Below, piece by piece: positions 54,777-64,000 of a stretch of 64,000 bases of DNA. This DNA is from Octopus sinensis (lineage: Eukaryota). Under the pieces are notes generated by a model that saw only the letters and a program-made list of their open reading frames with translations, was not told the origin of the DNA and ran no database searches. Each line of letters begins with the position of its first letter. Position 1 is the stretch's first letter. The translations under genes were made by a program, and so were the position numbers. Location: assembly GCF_006345805.1 (NCBI RefSeq), contig NC_043022.1, positions 9,052,001 to 9,116,000 on the forward strand, read 5' to 3'.

Positions 54777-55119
54777 CGCCACAGTTATTTTATTTCTAAT
54801 TCAGGGCTGTGTTGTACATAAAATAGTTATTGTTTAGTTAAAGACAAGTTGTGAAAGGCACAGATATGTAAGCTAGGCTATCCACTGTGGGGGCTAGCCT
54901 AATTTATGATCACTTTATATCAGAGCAGAATGTGTCTGCTATTAGTTAGAGAAGGATACTCTCAGCTCATTTTCCCACACATCAAAAGTACATAGAGAAA
55001 TGTTTCTACATTCTTATTTCAATTTTACCCAGAGGGAAGGATGCTTTGTGATATTTCAACTTATTTCAGTTCTTCTGATTCATGCTTTGTTATGCATTAA
55101 ATACATACATTAAATACAA

Positions 55120-55169
<50 letters not shown>

Positions 55170-55178
55170 GTGTGTATG

Positions 55179-55244
<66 letters not shown>

Positions 55245-55352
55245 CACATGCATATATATATATATATATATATGCATGTGTATTTATATATATACATATA
55301 TATACACATATATACATATATATACATATCTTTACAAACAGATACACACACG

Positions 55353-55394
<42 letters not shown>

Positions 55395-55636
55395 AAATGG
55401 TAATGACACTATTCTTAAGAAATCATTGATTTCTCTTTTTTAACAAATTCTTTTTCAAAACATTTTTTCCACTAAGTTATATTTATTTCCTTGATTCCTT
55501 GTTTCATGTGGTAGAATTCATCCATGAAGTCTTTTCATATCGGATTTGTCTCAGCAGAGAAATCTTCTTTGTGTTTACATATTGTCTCACATATTGTCTT
55601 TGTCTCATAAAACCATAGGAAATTTTATCATATATT

Positions 55637-56061
55637 TTAACCCTTTAGCATTCAGATTACTCTATCAAATGTAATGCTTGCTTATCCAAATGGTTTTTAA
55701 TTCATTATGCAGTATATCATAGCTTCAAGATTTCAATGATGTGATTACTTATTTTTAGTGACATTGCAGAGTAGGTGTGAGAGACCAGATACGGTCGAGT
55801 TAAATATAAAACAGGTATAATATTGGGCCTGATGTGACTGGTTTAACCATCTACTATTCAGATTACTCTCTCAAATGTAATGCTTATATTGTTTTAAATT
55901 AATCAGCATTGTCTCATAGCATTGAGATTTCAATGATGTGATTCTTTATTTTTAGAATGATATTGCAGATTAGGCTTGAAAGGCTGGATCTGTATGGTTT
56001 GGGCATAAAACAGGGAGAATATTTGGGCCTGATATTGCTGGTTTAAGTGCTAAAAGGTTAA
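55637..56061. mobile_element. piggyBac-like MITE with a dimeric internal structure
   Basis: TTAA-ccctttagca...tgctaaaagg-TTAA termini; ttcagattactct...tcaaatgtaatgct occurs twice; a partial copy lies at 39160. Confidence 0.7.
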
Positions 56062-56140
56062 GAAGGGCAGTGGACTTGCAGAATTAGTTGAACATTAAAC
56101 AAAATCTCCTTGCAGTATTTGTTCCACTTCTTTATATTAC

Positions 56141-56503
56141 ACTAGCACTATGACCCGGCAACGCTGAGTCATAGTGCTAGTGCATGCATATACAGCTGCG
56201 TGCATGCACTCATACATGCGAGTACTGTCCAGATCTCCGACCAACCAAATACAGATAGCTGGCATTCAATTGGCATATCAAGTTTCGGGCATTTTGATTG
56301 GGTTTTGGATAGAAACTTCACCAAAAAGTCACTTCTATTGGTTTTTTAATGGCTTTGCAGGGTGACTGGGGAAATGTAAAGATGTGCATGACCACCCTTG
56401 GACGGTTTTGAATGACCATAGAAAGTGCGAGCCCTCTGACTGAAAAATTGTGGATTTGTATAAAGAACACACATGCAGACATTTTGCTGTTTATATGTAT
56501 AGA
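56141..56503 (-). mobile_element. Non-autonomous Helitron-like element
   Basis: The minus strand begins TCtatacatataaac...tgtctgcatgtgtg and ends in a hairpin plus CTAG|T. Confidence 0.6.
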
Positions 56504-58147
56504 GCTGATCAAATACCACACTAAAGTCAAGTTTTCCTTTTATCCCTTAGGGGGTCAATAAAATTAAGTACTAGTGAGGGTGCATGGCCTAGTGATTAGA
56601 ATGTTGTACTCAACACTGCAAGGTCATGGGTTTGATTCCTAGACTGAGTGCTATATTGTTCTTGAGCAAAACACTTCATTTCACATTGCTTATTCCTTTC
56701 AGCTGTAAAGGAGCAGCCCCGTGTGGACTGAAAGCCCATTCAGAGGGATTGTTGAGATCCTCAGTCGCTATTATGTCCAGGGGTTGATGATGATAAGTAC
56801 CAGGGATTTTAGTATTGACTAACCAGCCTCTTCTGAAATAATTGCTGGCCTTGTGTCTAAATTAGAAATCATTATTATTGGTGAGCTGGTGGATTTGTTA
56901 GCATGGCAATATTTCTCCTGACTCTTTACATTCTGAATTCAAATTGTACCCAGGTAACAGAAACTTTTTACTATCTCTAAAGATTCTCCTGGGTATTCCA
57001 GAAGAATCTATTTCCAAAGTGCTCCTAGTGTTCACTGCTCTTGTACACCTGCCACAAACAAACACTACTTTCTATGTTATTCTTCTCGTGAATCCAGTGC
57101 TATCCTTGGATATCCATAGTTATACGTTCCGTGTTTTGTGGCCCTTTATATACGGCAGGTTTTCTATTGTATGTACATACAAAAGGAAACCTGTGGTATT
57201 TGTTCCAGCTTCTATCTTTTACTTGTTTCTGGCATTAGACTGTGCCCATGCTGGGGCACCACCTTAAAAAAGTCTTAGTCGAAAGAATCAATGCTAGTAC
57301 TTATCTTTTTCTTCAAGCTTGGTACTTATTCTATTAATCTCTTTTGTTGAACTGCTAAGTTATGGGGGACATAGACACACCAACACTGTTTGTCTATCAG
57401 TGGTAGGGGACAGACGCAGACTCAAAGACACACACACAGGTATATATATATATATATACAATGGGCTTCTTTCAGTTTCCGTCTACCAAATCCACTCACA
57501 AGGTTTTGGTCGACCTAAGGTTATAGTAGAAGACACTTGCCCAGAGTGCCATGCAGTGGGGCTGAACCCAGAACCATGTAGTTAGGAAGCAAGCCTTTTT
57601 ACCACATAGCCACACCCCTTTACATTCTGATTTCAAATCCCAATGAGGTCAGCTTTGCTTTTCATCCTTCCATGAGTGAGTGAAAGAAAATCCAAAATCC
57701 CAGTCATGATCTGGGGCTGATTTAATCAACTAGCCCCCACCACCTCTCAAAACTACTCACATCATCACCACCACCACCACCACGATCATCACCATCGTCA
57801 TGGTATAGTAAATCACTTGTTAGATTTGTCTTTTAGCAGTTAACAAAGAATCTTGATACTCACATCCCAATGTTGCAAACGAATCTTTGATGTTATAGAA
57901 AATATTCAAAGTCATTTTCTAGCTTGGAAAATAAAAATGACAAACAACATTCGTCGTACCATCACCATCGCCACCCCGTATCTTTATAAAATGAAAACTT
58001 TGTCTCCAGTTTAATATCTTTTTGTTTTCTTTTATGTGTATTTATGTTTTCTGTTACATTCGTCTACAAGTCATCAGACACTGGCTAAATATTTAGTGTC
58101 ACCACATGTGTTGCTACGCAAATTCATGAAGCGTTCCATATTTTTCT

Positions 58148-58385
58148 AAGGCGGTGAGCTGGCAGAAGCGTTAGAATGCTGGGCGAAATGCTTTGCGGTA
58201 TTTCGTCTGCCTTTACGTTGTGAGTTCAAATTCCGCTGAGGTTGACTTCGCCTTTCATCCTTTCGAGGTCGATAAATTAAGCACCAGTTACGCACTGGGG
58301 TCGATGTAATCGACTTAATACCTATGTCTGTCCTTGTTTGTCCCCTCTATGTTTAGCCCCTTGTGGGTAACGAAGAAATAGGTAT
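58148..58385 (+). mobile_element. Young full-length B1 SINE
   Basis: CpG-rich head and body with the B1 tail. Confidence 0.9.
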
Positions 58386-59038
58386 GTATGCATGTTGACT
58401 TCACCATAATCATCATCCGATGATGATGATGATGATTTCAAATCCCACGAAGGTCAATTTCGGCTTTCATCGTTTCAGAAGTGATGAAATAAATACCAGT
58501 CATGTACTTGGGTTAACTGACTTAACCCCACCCCTGAAAATTGCTCGCATCATCATCATTGTGTCTGCTTCAATCTTTGCATAGGTTGGACTGGTTGTTA
58601 GGATCCAAATCAGTTTTTATTTGTAGTTACTGTCCTCCAGCATGGATCAGAGGGTTACATCTGGTTTAGGTATGGCTGTGTGGTAAGAAGTTTGCTTCCC
58701 AACCACTGTGTGGCACCTTGGGCTTCTACTATAGCCTTAGGCTGACCAAAGACTTGTAAGTGGATTTGGTAGACAGAAACTGAAAGAAGCCTGTCGAGTG
58801 TGTATGTATGTCTTTGTTTATCGCCCCAACACCACTTGATAACCGGTATTGGTGTGTTTATGTCCCCATAACTTAGCAGTTCAACAAAAGAGACCGATAG
58901 AATAAGTACCAGGTTTTTAAAAAAATACTGAGATCGATTCATTTGACTAAAAAATCTTCAAAGCAATGCCCCAGCATGGCCCTAGTTTAATGACTGAAAC
59001 AACTTAAAGCTAAAACATACAAATCCAGATCAGTAGAC

Positions 59039-59272
59039 TAACCCTTTTCACACCAGTCCACTTGTGACCACACTTAATCCTATCATATAAGCTTTCTGTT
59101 TAAGGTCAATTAAATTAAAACCTTCCATCAAAACTTCATATTAATTGATGTTCTAAAACAATAATAAATGCTTAATAAATGACAAAATTATTTTACTTGA
59201 TTCTTCTTCACTTACAAAATTAATTGAAATAAAAGCAATATATTTCAATACAAATTTGGTAAGAAAAGGGTT
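59039..59272. mobile_element. piggyBac-like AT-rich MITE (related partial copies at 62769-62940 and 38850-39160)
   Basis: aacccttttc...gaaaagggtt terminal inverted repeats. Confidence 0.6.
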
Positions 59273-60543
59273 CAAGGAATTGTTAGAGCTAGTTCTGGCC
59301 CTCTGTGTTTTGAATCCTTAAGTAGTAGGTTCAATCTATCTTTCAGCTTCACACCACCACCTGGTTTTTGTATGAATTTAGTGGAATTCACTCTGTTGCG
59401 AACATTTGGGCTGAGTCTCTTGTTTGAAGACAACTTTCTCTGTTCCTCCTTCCAGTCTTTAATTTATTTCCAGAGTCACCTCTCCCCCACGAGGCATTTC
59501 GAAAAAGTAAAATTCTGTGGTAGAAGACAGGATCCAGGAAAGGGAGAATTCTGGTTTAAGCACCCCATATAACCCCTTAAATTTATATTTTTTGGAATTT
59601 TCTAAAAATTTTTGTGAATTTGTGTTCTACACATGGGAATTCCTAAGATTATGAATAGTCCCACCCATGCCAGCATGGAAGGCAGACGTTAAACGATGAT
59701 GATAATGATGATGAAAAATAAAAAATATTTTTGTGTGACTGAAGGGTGATTTAGCAGTTGTTTTAGTACATCTTACGACCCGCTTCTTTGTTGCTCTGAC
59801 ATGTTTTCCCATAAACACATTTAATAGTCCACTGCTGGGATTTAAGTCAAAAATTCAGACTGTTTGTATTTTAAACTCTGATTTAAAAACAAAATTTGAA
59901 AAGGAGTGGAAATTTTAGGATTTACGGTGGGTGGGGAGGTTTTAAAAATTTCTTAAAAACATTTGGGGCAAGTTTCTGGTTTGAAGACAATTTCTCTGTT
60001 CCGTCTTCCAGTCTTTAATTCATTTCCAGAGTTACCCCTCTCCCAGGAAACACTCTGAAAAGTAAGAGTCCAAGGGCATTGCCATTTCTTCCTTGATAAA
60101 GCAGTAAGGCAAAAAGTAAAAGGTTTTCCCAAACCCTGCTTCTGAACAGCTGTTAGCAACACAGACCATCCCCAGTTTCTTCAGATTCTTGATTTTATCA
60201 TACATTAACCTGGAAATATATCTCTCCTTCTTTACGATAGTAGGATCTGATTTAAGAAAGATTTGATTGCTATTTCTAGCTTGTCAAGTGACCACATAGG
60301 AGCTACCAATCTCTCTCTATGTCAGCATAGTTTGTAACTTAAGGCAGCAAATTGATAAAGTAATTAAAATGTCTGATAGACTGCCTGGCAATTATTCATG
60401 CCAACTCTTTGTGTCTCGAGTTCAAATCCCACCAAGACCAACTATGCTTTTCAGGGTCAGTAAGAGGAAGAGGGAGTGGCTGAAAAAAACTGGAAGGAAG
60501 AGAGAAGTTATCTTCAAACCAGACACTTGACTAAAATACTAAC

Positions 60544-60945
60544 AGGCGCAGGAGTGGCTGTGTGGTAAGTAGCTTGTTTACCAACCACATGGTTCCGGGT
60601 TCAGTTCCACTGCGTGGCACCTTGGGCAAGTGTCTTCTACTATAGCCTCAGGCCAACCAAAGCCTTGTGAGTGGATTTGGTAGACGGAAACTGAAAGAAG
60701 CCTGTCGTATATATGTATATGTATATATATATGTGTGTGTGCGTATGTTTGTGTTTGTCCCCTTAGCATTGCTTGACAACCGATGCTGGTGTGTTTATGA
60801 CCCTGTCACTTCGCGGTTCGGCAAAAGAGACCGATAGAATAAGTACTGGGCTTACAAAGAATAAGTCCCGGGGTCAAGTTGCTCGATTAAAGGCGCTGCT
60901 CCAGCATGGCCACAGTCAAATGACTGAAACAAGTAAAAAAAGAAA
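60544..60945 (+). mobile_element. Young full-length family A SINE
   Basis: Same structure as the other family A copies. Confidence 0.9.
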
Positions 60946-62104
60946 AAAAAGCAAACTTGATTAAATGCATTGAAAGACCAGATAAGAGAAACAACAGAGA
61001 GAATCCTCCTATCTCTCCTCCTGCCTCACTATGTGTGTGTGTCCCACTGTGCAATGGGAAAGACCCCAAACCAGGTGGTTGCAAAGTGAGCTCCTGTTTC
61101 TTTCTCTTTCTGTCTGAAAGAAATCGGCTAAGATCAGCCCCACAGTGGCATGGATTCCACAAGGATTAGAATCCCAAGTTGGGCTGAATATCATAAAAGT
61201 GTTTCTATGACTACATTGGGAGTTTTAAAAGTACAAGGAAAGAAGGAAGTTTGAAAGTGCTTCAATGCTGTATCAAACAAAAGACTTTAGAGAGAGAGAG
61301 AGAGGGAGAGAGAGAGAGAGAGAGAGCAAAAACGAAAATGAAAGAAGTTTCTGTAATTCATATTAATTTAAAAATAATGAATTCATTTATTTGATTCTCA
61401 GGAAATCCATTCAGAGCTTAGTATTGGTTTTAAAGATCTTGCCTACAAAAATCAGTAATATTTACTCCAAATCTCTTTTTTTTTTTCCATGTGATTTTCT
61501 TTCTATCTTCTTTCTTATTTTCGATTTCTATTTTATTTTGTAACTTTTTTTTTTCGTGGGGTGGATGGTGAACAAAAGCTAACATACATCTCATTATAAC
61601 TTTGTTCAAGTTGCTTTAGTATCTTGAAACCAGTTTATTTTTCAACTTCTGACATTTCACATTAGTGTTGTTGGTTGATTCGTGGTTCATGGTTTGTTCA
61701 TCTTTCCTGTACCATACACATGCACGCACACTACCCTCTTTTGCTCTCTCTCTCTCTCTTCACACACCATCTGCTACCACCACCACCCCTCCCTCCCTCC
61801 CAAGTTCTGACCTTCTGAAAGATCAAAATTGCTTCACCTCTACTTTTCTAAAGTCAACTTCTCAGACATCTATAATATTTTACCTAATTAGGTTTCAGTT
61901 ATTTCCACCACCACCCTTTTCCAACTCAATACCATATATATATATATAATGTATATCCATACATAAATACATATATATGCACACACAAACACACACATAT
62001 ATCTAAACATACAGATCTTGTATACATACATATATACATGTGTATGTATGTATGTATGTATGTATGTATATATATATATATGTATATATATGTATGTATA
62101 TATA

Positions 62105-63255
62105 TGCGCGAACTTGTGCATGCGCGAATGTGTAAGTGCGCATGCGCGTACGTGTAAGTGCGCATGCGCGTACGTGTAAGTGCGCATGCGCGAACGTGTA
62201 AGTGCGCATGCGCGAACATGTTCGTGCGCATGCGCGAACGTTTAAGTGCGCATGCGCGAACGTCTAAGTGCGCATGCGCGAACGTGTAAGTGCGCATGCG
62301 CTAACGTTTTCATGCGCGTACGTGTAAGTGCGCATGCGCGAACGTGAGCTTGCGCATGCGCGAACGTGTTCGTGCGCATGCGCGAACGTGTTCGTGCGCA
62401 TGCGCGACCGTGTATATGCGCATGCGCGAACGTTTAAGTGCGCATGCGAAAACTGTAATTGCGCATGCGCGAACGTGTAAGTGCGCATGCGCTAACGTGT
62501 ACGTGCGCATGCGCGAACGTGTACGTGCGCATGCGTGAACGTGTAAGTGCGCATGCGCGAATGTTTCCTTGCGCATGCGCGAACGTGTAAGTGCGCATGC
62601 GCGAATGTTTCCATGCGCGTACGTGTAAGTGCGCATGCGCAAACGTGTACGTGCGCATGCGCGAACGTTTGCGTGCGCATGCGCGAACGTTTAAGTGCGC
62701 ATGCGCGAACGTTTGCGTGCGCATGTGCGAACGTTTAAGTGCGCATGCGCGAACGTGTAGAGGTGTGTTTAACCCTTTCGATACCAACCCGGCTGAAACC
62801 ACCTCTGGCTCTGAGTACAAATGTCTTGTTTTCATAAGTTTTGAATTAAAATCTTCCACTAAAACTTAGTCACAATTTATGTTCCTAACACCAGCTTAAC
62901 GATAACTAAGTTATTTTAGGAAATTCTTTGTTATATTGTTATATTTACGTGTGCGTGCGCATGCGCGTACTTGTGCATGCGCATGCGCGAACGTGTATAT
63001 GCGTATGCGCGAACGTGTAAGTGCGCATGCGCGAACGTGTAAGTGCGCATGCGCGACCGTGTAAGTGCGCATGCGCGACCGTGTGGGTGCGCATGCGCGA
63101 ACGTGTGAGTGCGCATGCGCGAACTTGTGCGTGCGGATGCGTGAACGTGTAGGTGCGCATGTGCGAATGTTTGCTAGCGCATGCGCGAATGTTTGCTAGC
63201 GCATGCGTGTACGTGCGCATGCACACGTGTGCGTGCGCATGTGCGTACGTGTGCA
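62105..63255. repeat. CpG-rich 22-bp satellite (gtgcgcatgcgcgaacgtgtaa)n, ~44 units, interrupted by a MITE fragment at ~62761-62945
   Basis: Directly visible; each unit contains the palindrome GCGCATGCGC. Confidence 0.95.
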
Positions 63256-63262
63256 ACGGACA

Positions 63263-63566
63263 CGCACGTAAAAGCACCATCTGTTCGTGTCCGTTGCCAG
63301 CCTCGACTGGCCCCCGTACCGGTGGCACGTAAAAGCACCATCCGTTCGTGGCCGTTTGCCAGCTCCGTCTGGCACCTGTGCGGGTGGCACGTAAAAAGCA
63401 CCCACTACACTCACGGAGTGGTTGGCGTTAGGAAGGGCATCCAGCTGTAGAAACACTGCCAGATCAGACTGGGCCTGATGCGACCTTCCGGCTTCACAGA
63501 CCCCAGTTGAACCGTTCAACCCATGCTAGCATGGAAAGCGGACACTAAATGATGATGATGATGATG

Positions 63567-63567
<1 letters not shown>
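63263..63567 (+). mobile_element. Young RTE 3'UTR fragment with (GAT)n tail
   Basis: Closely matches 51700-51985. Confidence 0.9.
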
Positions 63568-63599
<32 letters not shown>

Positions 63600-64000
63600 T
63601 ATATACATGCATACACATATACATGTTTCTATGTGTGTGTATATATATATAAATATACACATAAAATCATCATCACTTAACATACCTTTTTCCATGCTAG
63701 CATGGGTTGGACTATATACATATGTATGTAGGTATGTACATATGTATATATTCGTTGGGCACAGCTGGTTAACTGGCTGATTGTCATCTAAAATACCCCT
63801 TGAGGAATGCAAGATCAGACAAGTTTTCTTTTGCCATTGGTATTTAAGGTATTGATTAATGAAATATCACCATCAATTTTCCGGAGACTGAAGCATACAG
63901 AGAGGAGAGCAGAAGACAAAAATGATGCATCATTTTCTCATTATTCAGTGAAAATCCTGGAAACCTGAAACCTGAGTAACATCAAGATATCAATCTCTGA

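Noticed and set aside
62105-63255. CRISPR array or coding repeat (MRTYTFAHAH ORFs)
   Set aside because: Pure 22-bp tandem repeat with a unit not divisible by 3 and no spacers.

Overview
AT-rich, microsatellite-saturated metazoan genomic DNA. The repeat families look like those of an octopus (coleoid cephalopod); this is recognition, not a database result. No intact protein-coding gene is visible, and almost all listed ORFs are simple-repeat or SINE read-through. The window is a nested TE landscape: at least three tRNA-headed SINE families, many 5'-truncated RTE-clade LINE ends (three with recognisable C-terminal ORF remnants), an internally deleted mariner, hAT-like and piggyBac-like MITEs, a Helitron-like element, two near-identical tandem duplications bounded by microsatellites, several long inverted repeats, and a CpG-rich 22-bp satellite of NRF1-type palindromes. 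The most interesting signal is a set of short dispersed elements carrying minimal type-I hammerhead-ribozyme folds of the kind associated with Penelope-like elements. One family has a fixed non-canonical core (CUGUNGA instead of CUGANGA) in four independent copies. A few low-confidence minus-strand exon candidates (7091-7115, 9891-10028, 10099-10156) hint at a host transcript.
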